The position numbers and the translations under genes were made by a program. The notes below the pieces were generated by a model. It made no database searches. It was not told the origin of the DNA and saw only the letters and a program-made list of their open reading frames with translations. A stretch of 64,000 nucleotides of DNA from Azolla caroliniana (taxonomy: Eukaryota > Plantae > Polypodiophyta), in assembly GCA_043228905.1 (NCBI GenBank), contig JBHGNT010000026.1:248001-312000 (forward strand), read 5' to 3'. Shown one piece after another: positions 40,301-52,800 of the stretch (position 1 is the first letter of the stretch; each line of letters starts with the position of its first letter).

Positions 40301-42470
40301 GAATCGAAGCTAACAACGCTAGCTATGATATGGAATTAAAAAATCAAGATTTTGAAACTCAGGTCGAGAGACATGACGAAATTAGCAAATTTGAGGAGTG
40401 AGTTGAGAGGAGCCCTTGAGTAAATTAAAATGGTCATACCTAGCGAGTGTGATATCGGATTTTTGTGGACAAACATGCGAATCGAAGCTAACAATGCTAG
40501 CTATGATATGGAATTGAAAAATCAAGATTTTGAAACTCAGGTCGAGAGACATGACGAAATTAGCAAATTTGAGGAGTGAGTTGAGAGGAGCCCTTCAGTA
40601 AATTAAAATGTTCATACCTAGCGAGTGTGATATCGGAATTTCGTGTACAAACATGCTAATCGAAGCTAACAACGCTAGCTATGATATGGAATTACAAAAT
40701 CAAGATTTTGAAACTCAGGTCGAGAGACATGACGAAATTACCAAATTTGAGGAGGGAGTTGAGAAGAGCTAGTAGGTAAATTACAATGTTCATACCTGGT
40801 TCGTGTGATATCGGATTTTTGTGTTCAAACATGCGAATCGAAGCTAACAACGCTAGCTATGATATGGAATTACAAAATCAAGATTTTGAAACTCCAGGCG
40901 AGAGACACGACGAAATTACCAAATTTGAGGAGTGAGGTTGGAAGAGCGCGTGAGTGAATTAAAATGTTCATACCTGGCTCGTGTGATATCGGATTTTTGT
41001 GTACAAACATGCGAATCGAAGCTAACAATGCTAGCTATGATATGGAATTAAAAAATTAAGATTTTGAAACTCAGGTCGAGAGACATGACGAAATTAGCAA
41101 CCTTGACGAGTGAGTTTAGAGGAGCCCTTGAGTAAATTAAAATGGTCATACCTAGCGAGTGTGATATCGGAATTTTGTGTACAAACATGCGAATCGAAGC
41201 TAACAACGCTAGCTATGATATGGAATTAAAAAATCAAGATTTTGAAACTCAGGTCGAGAGACATGACGAAATTTCCAAATTTGAGGAGGGAGTTGGGAAG
41301 AGCTAGTAGATAAATTACAATGTTCATACCTGGTTCGTGTGATATCGGATTTTTGTGTTCAAACATGCGAATCGAAGCTAACAACGCTAGCTATGATATG
41401 GAATTACAAAATCAAGATTTTGAAACTCCAGTCGAGAGACATGATGAAATTACCAAATTTGAGGAGTGAGGTTGGAAGAGCGCGTGAGTGAATTAAAATG
41501 TTCATACCTGGCTCGTGTCATATCGGATTTTTGTGTTCAAACATGCGAATCGAAGCTAACAACGCTAGCTATGATATGGAATTGAAAAATCAAGATTTCG
41601 AAACTCAGGTCGAGAGACATGACGAAATTACCAAATTTGAGGAGTGAGTTGAGAGGACCCCTTGAGTAAATTAAAATGTTCATACATAGCGAGTGTGATA
41701 ACGGATTTTTGTGTACAAACATGCGAATCGAAGCTAACAACGCTAGCTATGATATGGAATTAAAAAATCAAGATTTTGAAACTCAGGTCGAGAGACATGA
41801 CGAAATTACCAAATTTGAGGAGGGAGTTGAGAGGGGCCCTTGAGTAAATTAAAATGTTCATACCTAGCGAGCGTGATATCGGATTTTTGTGTTCAAACAT
41901 GCGAATCGAAGCTAACAACGCTAGCTATGATATGGAATTAAAAAATCAAGATTTTGCAACTCAGGTCGAGAGACATGACGAAATTAGCAACCTTGACGAG
42001 GAAGTTGAGAGGAGCCCTTGAGTAAATAAAAATGTTCATACCTAGCTCGTGTGATATCGGATTTTTGTGTTCAAACATGCGAATCGAAGCTAACAACGCT
42101 AGCTATGATATGGAATTAAAAAATCAAGATTTTGAAAATCAGGTCGAGAGACATGACGAAATTAGCAAATTTGAGGAGTGAGTTGAGAGGAGCCCTTGAG
42201 TAAATTAAAATGGTCATACCTAGCGAGTGTGATATCGGATTTTTGTGGACAAACATGCGAATCGAAGCTAACAACGCTAGCTATGATATGGAATTGAAAA
42301 ATCAAGATTTTGAAACTCAGGTCGAGAGACATGACGAAATTAGCAAATATGAGGAGTGAGGTTGGAAGAGCGCGTGAGTGAATTAAAATGTTCATACCTG
42401 GCTCGTGTGATATCGGATTTTTGTGTTCAAACATGCGAATCGAAGCTGACAACGCTAGCTATGATATGGA
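35880..42470. repeat. ~6.6-kb block duplicated at ~45400-51990 (offset 9520 bp)
   Basis: ORF pairs 36512/46032, 37667/47187, 38602/48122, 39757/49277, 41537/51057 and 42162/51682 are all offset by 9520. Only a handful of SNPs separate the copies. Confidence 0.92.
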
Positions 42471-43739
42471 ATTAAAAAATCAAAATTTTGAAACTCAGGT
42501 CGAGAGACATGACGAAATTAGCAAATTTGAGGAGTGAGTTGAGAGGAGCCCTTGAGTAAATTAAAATGGTCATACCTAGCGAGTGTGATATCGGAATTTT
42601 GTGTACAAACATGCGAATCGAAGCTAACAACGCTAGCTATGATATGGAATTAAAAAATCAAGATTTTGAAACTCAGGTCGAGAGACATGATGAAATTACA
42701 AAATTTGAGGAGTGAGGTTGGAAGAGCGCGTGAGTGAATTAAAATGTTCATGACTGGCTCGTGTGATATCGGATTTTTGTGTTCAAACATGCGAATCGAA
42801 GCTAACAACGCTAGCTATGATATGCAATTAAAAAATCAAGATTTTGAAACTCAGGTCGAGAGACATGACGAAATTAGCAAATTTGAGGAGTGAGGTTGGA
42901 AGAGCGCGTGAGTGAATTAAAATGTTCATACCTGGCTCGTGTGATATCGCATTTTTGTGTTCAAACATGCGAATCGAAGCTAACAACGCTAGCTATGATA
43001 TGGAATTAAAAAATCAAGATTTTGAAACTCAGGTCGATAGACATGACGAAATTAGCAACCTTGACGAGGAAGTTGAGAGGAGCCCTTCAGTAAATAAAAA
43101 TGTTCATACCTAGCTCGTGTTATATCGGATTTTTGTGTTCAAACATGCGAATCGAAGCTAAGAACGCTAGCTATGATATGGAATTAAAAAATCAAGATTT
43201 TAAAACTAAGGTCGAGAGACATGACGAAATTAGCAAATTTGAGGAGTGAGTTGAGAGGAGCCCTTGAGTAAATTAAAATGGTCATACCTAGCGAGTGTGA
43301 TATCAGATTTTTGTGTTCAAACATGGGAATCGAAGCTAACAACGCTAGCTATGATATGGAATTAAAAAATCAAGATTTTGCAACTCAGGTCGAGAGACAT
43401 GACGAAATTAGCAAATTTGAGGAGTGAGTTGAGAGGAGCCCTTGAGTAAATTAAAATGGTCATACCTAGCGAGTGTGATATCGGATTTTTGTGTACAAAC
43501 ATGCGAATCGAAGCTAACAACGCTAGCTATGATATGGAATTAAAAAATCAAGATTTTGAAACTCAGGTCGAGAGACATGAAGAAATTACCAAATTTGAGG
43601 AGTGAGGTTGGAAGAGCGCGTGAGTGAATTAAAATGTTCATACCTGCCTCGTGTGATATCGGATTTTTGTGTTCAAACCTGCGAATCGAAGCTAACAACG
43701 CTAGGTATGATATGGAATTACAAAATCAAGATTTTGAAA

Positions 43740-45420
43740 CTCCAGGCGAGAGACATGACGAACTTACCAAATTTGAGGAGTGAGGTTGGAAGAGCGCGTG
43801 AGTGAATTAAAATGTTCATACCTGGCTCGTGTGATATCGGAGTTTTGTGTTCAAACCTGCGAATCGAAGCTAACAACGCTAGCTATGATATTGAATTACA
43901 AAATCAAGATTTTGAAACTCCAGTCGAGAGACATGATGAAATTACCAAATTTGAGGAGTGACGTTGGAAGAGCGCGTGAGTGAATTAAAATGTTCATACC
44001 TGGCTCGTGTGATATCGGATTTTTGTGTTCAAACATGCGAATCGAAGCTAACAACGCTAGCTATGATATGGAATTAAGAAATCTAGATTTTGAAACTCAG
44101 GTCGAGAGACATGACGAAATTAGCAAATTTGAGGAGTGAGTTGAGAGGAGCCCTTGAGTAAATTAAAATGGTCATACCTAGCGAGTGTGATATCGGATTT
44201 TTGTGTACAAACATGCGAATCGAAGCTAACAACGCTAGCTATGATATGGAACTGAAAAATTAAGATTTTGAAACTCAGGTCGAGAGTCATGACGAAATTA
44301 GCAAATTTGAGGAGTGAGTTGAGAGGAGCCCTTGAGTAAATTAAAATGGTCATACCTAGCGAGTGTGATATCGGATTTTTGTGTACAAACATGCGAATCT
44401 AAGCTAACAACGCTAGCTATGATATGGAATTAAAAAATCAAGATTTTGAAACTCAGGTCGAGAGACATGAAGAAATTACCAAATTTGAGGAGTGAGGTTG
44501 GAAGAGCGCGTGAGTGAATTAAAATGTTCATACCTGGCTTGTGTGATATCGGATTTTTGTGTTCAAACATGCGAATCGAAGCTAACAACGCTAGCTATGA
44601 TATGGAATTAAGAAATCAAGATTTTGAAACTCCAGGCGAGAGACATGACGAACTTACCAAATTTGAGGAGTGAGGTTGGAAGAGCGCGTGAGTGAATAAA
44701 AATGTTCATACCTGGCTCGTGTGATATCGGAGTTTTGTGTTCAAACCTGCGAATCGAAGCTAACAACGCTAGCTATGATATTGAATTACAAAATCAAGAT
44801 TTTGAAACTCCAGTCGAGAGACATGATGAAATTACCAAATTTGAGGAGTGACGTTGGAAGAGCGCGTGAGTGAATTAAAATGTTCATACCTGGCTCGTGT
44901 GATATCGGATTTTTGTGTTCAAACATGCGAATCGAAGCTAACAACGCTAGCTATGATATGGAATTAAGAAATCTAGATTTTGAAACTCAGGTCGAGAGAC
45001 ATGACGAAATTAGCAAATTTGAGGAGTGAGTTGAGAGGAGCCCTTGAGTAAATTAAAATGGTCATACCTAGCGAGTGTGATATCGGATTTTTGTGTACAA
45101 ACATGCGAATCGAAGCTAACAACGCTAGCTATGATATGGAACTGAAAAATTAAGATTTTGAAACTCAGGTCGAGAGTCATGACGAAATTAGCAAATTTGA
45201 GGAGTGAGTTGAGAGGAGCCCTTGAGTAAATTAAAATGGTCATACCTAGCGAGTGTGATATCGGATTTTTGTGTACAAACATGCGAATCTAAGCTAACAA
45301 CGCTAGCTATGATATGGAATTAAAAAATCAAGATTTTGAAACTCAGGTCGAGAGACATGAAGAAATTACCAAATTTGAGGAGTGAGGTTGGAAGAGCGCG
45401 TGAGTGAATTAAAATGTTCA
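43740..45420. repeat. Local 5-mer (890-bp) tandem duplication
   Basis: ORFs at 44120 and 45010 are identical. Markers such as GAACTTACC, GGAGTTTTG, TGACGTTGG and AAGAAATCTAG repeat at +890. Confidence 0.88.
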
Positions 45421-46834
45421 TACCTGGCTCGTGTGATATCGGATTTTTGTGTTCAAACATGCAAATCGAAGCTAACGACGCTAGCTATGATATGGAATTA
45501 AAAATTCAAGATTTTGAAAATCAGGTCGAGAGGCATGACGAAATTAGCAAATTTGAGGTGTGAGTTGAGAGGAGCCCTTGACTAAATTAAAATGTTCATA
45601 CCTAGCGAGCGTGATATCGGATTTCTGTGTTCAAACATGCGAATCGAAGCTAACAACGCTAGCTATGATATGGAATTAAAAAATCAAGATTTTGAAACTC
45701 AGGTCGAGAGACATGACGAAATTAGCAAATTTGAGGAGGGAGTTGAGAGGGGCCCTTAAGTAAATTAAAATGTTCATACCTAGCTCGTGTGATATCGGAT
45801 TTTTGTGTTCAAACATGCGAATCAAACCTAACAACGCTAGCTATGATATAGAATTAAAAAAGCAAGATTTTGAAACTCAGGTCGAGAGTCATGACGAAAT
45901 TAGCAAATCTGAGGAGTGAGTTGAGAGGAGCCCTTGAGTAAATTAAAATGGTCATACCTAGCGAGTGTGATATCGGATTTTTGTGTACAAACATGCGAAT
46001 CGAAGCTAACAACGCTAGCTATGATATGGAATTAAAAAATCAAGATTTTGAAACTCAGGTCGAGAGACATGAAGAAATTACCAAATTTGAGGAGTGAGTT
46101 GAGAGGAGCCCTTGAGTGAATTAAAATGTTCATACCTAGCTTGTGTGATATCGGATTTTTGTGTTGAAACCTGCGAATTGAAGCTAACAGGTCGAGAGAC
46201 ATGACGAAATTAGCAACCTTGACGAGGGAGTTGAGAGGAGTCCTTGAGTAAATAAAAATGTTCATAAATAGCTCGTGTGAGATCGGATTTTTGTGTTCAA
46301 ACATGCGAATCGAAGCTAACAACGCTAGCTATGATATGGAATTAAAAAATCAAGATTTTGAAACTCAGGTCGAGAGACATGACGAAATTAGCAAATTTGA
46401 GGAGGGAGTTGAGAGGAGCCCTTGAGTAAATTAAAATGCTCATACCTAACGAGTGTGATATCGGATTTTTATGTTCAAACATGCGAATCGAAGCTAACAA
46501 CGCTAGCTATGATATGGAATTAAAAAATCAAGATTTTGCAACTCAGGTCGAGAGACATGAAGAAATTAGCAAATTTGAGGAGTGAGTTGAGAGGAGCCCT
46601 TGAGTAAATTAAAATGTTCATACCTAGCGAGTGTGATATCGGATTTTCGTGTACAAACATGCGAATCGAAGCTAACAACGCTAGCTATGATATGGAATTA
46701 AAAAATCAAGATTTTGAAACTCAGGTCGAGAGACATGACGAAATTGCCAAATTTGAGGAGGGAGTTGAGAAGAGCTAGTAGGTAAATTACAATATTCATA
46801 CCTGGTTCGTGTGATATCGGATTTTTGTGTTCAA

Positions 46835-49800
46835 ACATGCGAATCGAAGCTAACAACGGTAGCTATGATATGGAGTTAAAAAATCAAGATTTTGAAACTT
46901 AGGTCGAGAGACATGACGAAATTTCCAAATTTGAGGAGGGAGTTGAGAAGAGCTAGTAGGTAAATTACAATTTCCAAATTTGGTTCTTGTGATATCGGAT
47001 TTTTGTGTTCAAACATGCGAATCGAAGCTAACAACACTAGCTATGATATGGAATTACAAAATCAAGATTTTGAAACTCCAGTCGAGAGACATGATGAAAT
47101 TAGCAAATTTGAGGAGTGAGGTTGGAAGAGCGCGTGAGTGAATTAAAATGTTCATACCTGGCTCGTGTGATATCGGATTTTTGTGTTCAAACATGCGAAT
47201 CGAAGCTAACGACGCTAGCTATGATATGGAATTGAAAAATCAAGATTTTGAAACTCAGGTCGAGACACATGACGAAATTACCAAATTTGAGGAGTGAGGT
47301 TGGAAGAGCGCGTGAGTGAATTAAAATGTTCATACCTGGCTCGTGTGATATCGGATTTTTGTGTTCAAACATGCAAATCGAAGCTAACGACGCTAGCTAT
47401 GATATGGAATTAAAAATTCAAGATTTTGAAAATCAGGTCGAGAGGCATGACGAAATTAGCAAATTTGAGGTGTGAGTTGAGAGGAGCCCTTGACTAAATT
47501 AAAATGTTCATACCTAGCGAGCGTGATATCGGATTTTTGTGTTCAAACATGCGAAACGAAGCTAACAAAGCTAGCTATGATATGGAATTAAAAAATCAAG
47601 ATTTTGCAACTCAGGTCGAGAGACATGACGAAATTAGCAACCTTGACGAGGAAGTTGAGAGGAGCCCTTGAGTAAATAAAAATGTTCATACCTAGCTCGT
47701 GTGATATCGGATTTTTGTGTTCAAACATGCGAATCGAAGCTAACAACGCTAGCTATGATATGGAATTAAAAAATCAAGATTTTGAAACTCAGGTCGAGAG
47801 ACATGACGAAATTAGCAAATTTGAGGAGGGAGTTGAGAGGGGCCCTTAAGTAAATTAAAATGTTCATACCTAGCTCGTGTGATATCGGATTTTTGTGTTC
47901 AAACATGCGAATCAAACCTAACAACGCTAGCTATGATATAGAATTAAAAAAGCAAGATTTTGAAACTCAGGTCGAGAGTCATGACGAAATTAGCAAATCT
48001 GAGGAGTGAGTTGAGAGGAGCCCTTGAGTAAATTAAAATGGTCATACCTAGCGAGTGTGATATCGGATTTTTGTGTACAAACATGCGAATCGAAGCTAAC
48101 AACGCTAGCTATGATATGGAATTAAAAAATCAAGATTTTGAAACTCAGGTCGAGAGACATGAAGAAATTACCAAATTTGAGGAGTGAGTTGAGAGGAGCC
48201 CTTGAGTGAATTAAAATGTTCATACCTAGCTTGTGTGATATCGGATTTTTGTGTTGAAACCTGCGAATTGAAGCTAACAGGTCGAGAGACATGACGAAAT
48301 TAGCAACCTTGACAAGGGAGTTGAGAGGAGCCCTTGAGTAAATAAAAATGTTCATAAATAGCTCGTGTGAGATCGGATTTTTGTGTTCAAACATGCGAAT
48401 CGAAGCTAACAACGCTAGCTATGATATGGAATTAAAAAATCAAGATTTTGAAACTCAGGTCGAGAGACATGACGAAATTAGCAAATTTGAGGAGGGAGTT
48501 GAGAGGAGCCCTTGAGTAAATTAAAATGCTCATACCTAACGAGTGTGATATCGGATTTTTATGTTCAAACATGCGAATCGAAGCTAACAACGCTAGCTAT
48601 GATATGGAATTAAAAAATCAAGATTTTGCAACTCAGGTCGAGAGACATGAAGAAATTAGCAAATTTGAGGAGTGAGTTGAGAGGAGCCCTTGAGTAAATT
48701 AAAATGTTCATACCTAGCGAGTGTGATATCGGATTTTCGTGTACAAACATGCGAATCGAAGCTAACAACGCTAGCTATGATATGGAATTAAAAAATCAAG
48801 ATTTTGAAACTCAGGTCGAGAGACATGACGAAATTGCCAAATTTGAGGAGGGAGTTGAGAAGAGCTAGTAGGTAAATTACAATATTCATACCTGGTTCGT
48901 GTGATATCGGATTTTTGTGTTCAAACATGCGAATCGAAGCTAACAACGGTAGCTATGATATGGAGTTAAAAAATCAAGATTTTGAAACTTAGGTCGAGAG
49001 ACATGACGAAATTTCCAAATTTGAGGAGGGAGTTGAGAAGAGCTAGTAGGTAAATTACAATTTCCAAATTTGGTTCTTGTGATATCGGATTTTTGTGTTC
49101 AAACATGCGAATCGAAGCTAACAACACTAGCTATGATATGGAATTACAAAATCAAGATTTTGAAACTCCAGTCGAGAGACATGATGAAATTAGCAAATTT
49201 GAGGAGTGAGGTTGGAAGAGCGCGTGAGTGAATTAAAATGTTCATACCTGGCTCGTGTGATATCGGATTTTTGTGTTCAAACATGCGAATCGAAGCTAAC
49301 GACGCTAGCTATGATATGGAATTGAAAAATCAAGATTTTGAAACTCAGGTCGAGACACATGACGAAATTACCAAATTTGAGGAGTGAGGTTGGAAGAGCG
49401 CGTGAGTGAATTAAAATGTTCATACCTGGCTCGTGTGATATCGGATTTTTGTGTTCAAACATGCAAATCGAAGCTAACGACGCTAGCTATGATATGGAAT
49501 TAAAAATTCAAGATTTTGAAAATCAGGTCGAGAGGCATGACGAAATTAGCAAATTTGAGGTGTGAGTTGAGAGGAGCCCTTGACTAAATTAAAATGTTCA
49601 TACCTAGCGAGCGTGATATCGGATTTTTGTGTTCAAACATGCGAAACGAAGCTAACAAAGCTAGCTATGATATGGAATTAAAAAATCAAGATTTTGCAAC
49701 TCAGGTCGAGAGACATGACGAAATTAGCAACCTTGACGAGGAAGTTGAGAGGAGCCCTTGAGTAAATAAAAATGTTCATACCTAGCACGTGTGATATCGG

Positions 49801-52800
49801 ATTTTTGTGTTCAAACATGCGAATCGAAGCTAACAACGCTAGCTATGATATGGAATTAAAAAATCAAGATTTTGAAACTCAGGTCGAGAGACATGACGAA
49901 ATTAGCAAATTTGAGGAGTGAGTTGAGAGGAGCCCTTGAGTAAATTAAAATGGTCATACCTAGCGAGTGTGATATCGGATTTTTGTGGACAAACATGCGA
50001 ATCGAAGCTAACAATGCTAGCTATGATATGGAATTGAAAAATCAAGATTTTGAAACTCAGGTCGAGAGACATGACGAAATTAGCAAATTTGAGGAGTGAG
50101 TTGAGAGGAGCCCTTCAGTAAATTAAAATGTTCATACCTAGCGAGTGTGATATCGGAATTTCGTGTACAAACATGCTAATCGAAGCTAACAACGCTAGCT
50201 ATGATATGGAATTACAAAATCAAGATTTTGAAACTCAGGTCGAGAGACATGACGAAATTACCAAATTTGAGGAGGGAGTTGAGAAGAGCTAGTAGGTAAA
50301 TTACAATGTTCATACCTGGTTCGTGTGATATCGGATTTTTGTGTTCAAACATGCGAATCGAAGCTAACAACGCTAGCTATGATATGGAATTACAAAATCA
50401 AGATTTTGAAACTCCAGGCGAGAGACACGACGAAATTACCAAATTTGAGGAGTGAGGTTGGAAGAGCGCGTGAGTGAATTAAAATGTTCATACCTGGCTC
50501 GTGTGATATCGGATTTTTGTGTACAAACATGCGAATCGAAGCTAACAATGCTAGCTATGATATGGAATTAAAAAATTAAGATTTTGAAACTCAGGTCGAG
50601 AGACATGACGAAATTAGCAACCTTGACGAGTGAGTTTAGAGGAGCCCTTGAGTAAATTAAAATGGTCATACCTAGCGAGTGTGATATCGGAATTTTGTGT
50701 ACAAACATGCGAATCGAAGCTAACAACGCTAGCTATGATATGGAATTAAAAAATCAAGATTTTGAAACTCAGGTCGAGAGACATGACGAAATTTCCAAAT
50801 TTGAGGAGGGAGTTGGGAAGAGCTAGTAGATAAATTACAATGTTCATACCTGGTTCGTGTGATATCGGATTTTTGTGTTCAAACATGCGAATCGAAGCTA
50901 ACAACGCTAGCTATGATATGGAATTACAAAATCAAGATTTTGAAACTCCAGTCGAGAGACATGATGAAATTACCAAATTTGAGGAGTGAGGTTGGAAGAG
51001 CGCGTGAGTGAATTAAAATGTTCATACCTGGCTCGTGTCATATCGGATTTTTGTGTTCAAACATGCGAATCGAAGCTAACAACGCTAGCTATGATATGGA
51101 ATTGAAAAATCAAGATTTCGAAACTCAGGTCGAGAGACATGACGAAATTACCAAATTTGAGGAGTGAGTTGAGAGGACCCCTTGAGTAAATTAAAATGTT
51201 CATACATAGCGAGTGTGATAACGGATTTTTGTGTACAAACATGCGAATCGAAGCTAACAACGCTAGCTATGATATGGAATTAAAAAATCAAGATTTTGAA
51301 ACTCAGGTCGAGAGACATGACGAAATTACCAAATTTGAGGAGGGAGTTGAGAGGGGCCCTTGAGTAAATTAAAATGTTCATACCTAGCGAGCGTGATATC
51401 GGATTTTTGTGTTCAAACATGCGAATCGAAGCTAACAACGCTAGCTATGATATGGAATTAAAAAATCAAGATTTTGCAACTCAGGTCGAGAGACATGACG
51501 AAATTAGCAACCTTGACGAGGAAGTTGAGAGGAGCCCTTGAGTAAATAAAAATGTTCATACCTAGCTCGTGTGATATCGGATTTTTGTGTTCAAACATGC
51601 GAATCGAAGCTAACAACGCTAGCTATGATATGGAATTAAAAAATCAAGATTTTGAAACTCAGGTCGAGAGACATGACGAAATTAGCAAATTTGAGGAGTG
51701 AGTTGAGAGGAGCCCTTGAGTAAATTAAAATGGTCATACCTAGCGAGTGTGATATCGGATTTTTGTGGACAAACATGCGAATCGAAGCTAACAACGCTAG
51801 CTATGATATGGAATTGAAAAATCAAGATTTTGAAACTCAGGTCGAGAGACATGACGAAATTAGCAAATATGAGGAGTGAGGTTGGAAGAGCGCGTGAGTG
51901 AATTAAAATGTTCATACCTGGCTCGTGTGATATCGGATTTTTGTGTTCAAACATGCGAATCGAAGCTGACAACGCTAGCTATGATATGGAATTGAAAAAT
52001 CAAGATTTTGAAACTCAGGTCGAGAGACATGACGAAATTAGCAAATTTGAGGAGTGAGTTGAGAGGAGCCCTTGAGTAAATTAAAATGTTCATACCTAGC
52101 GAGCGTGATATCGGATTTTTGTGTTCAAACATGCGAATCGAAGCTAGCAACGCTAGCTATGATATGGAATTAAAAAATCAAGATTTTGAAACTCAGGTCG
52201 AGAGACATGACGAAATTAGCAACCTTGACGAGGAAGTTGAGAGGAGCCCTTGAGTAAATAAAAATGTTCATACCTACCTCGTGTGATATCGGATTTTTGT
52301 GTTCAAACATGCGAATCGAAGCTAACAACGCTAGCTATGATATGGAATTAAAAAATCAAAATTTTGAAACTCAGGTCGAGAGACATGACGAAATTAGCAA
52401 ATTTGAGGAGTGAGTTGAGAGGAGCCCTTGAGTAAATTAAAATGGTCATACCTAGCGAGTGTGATATCGGAATTTTGTGTACAAACATGCGAATCGAAGC
52501 TAACAACGGTAGCTATGATATGGAGTTAAAAAATCAAGATTTTGAAACTTAGGTCGAGAGACATGACGAAATTTCCAAATTTGAGGAGGGAGTTGAGAAG
52601 AGCTAGTAGGTAAATTACAATTTCCAAATTTGGTTCTTGTGATATCGGATTTTTGTGTTCAAACATGCGAATCGAAGCTAACAACACTAGCTATGATATG
52701 GAATTACAAAATCAAGATTTTGAAACTCCAGTCGAGAGACATGATGAAATTAGCAAATTTGAGGAGTGAGGTTGGAAGAGCGCGTGAGTGAATTAAAATG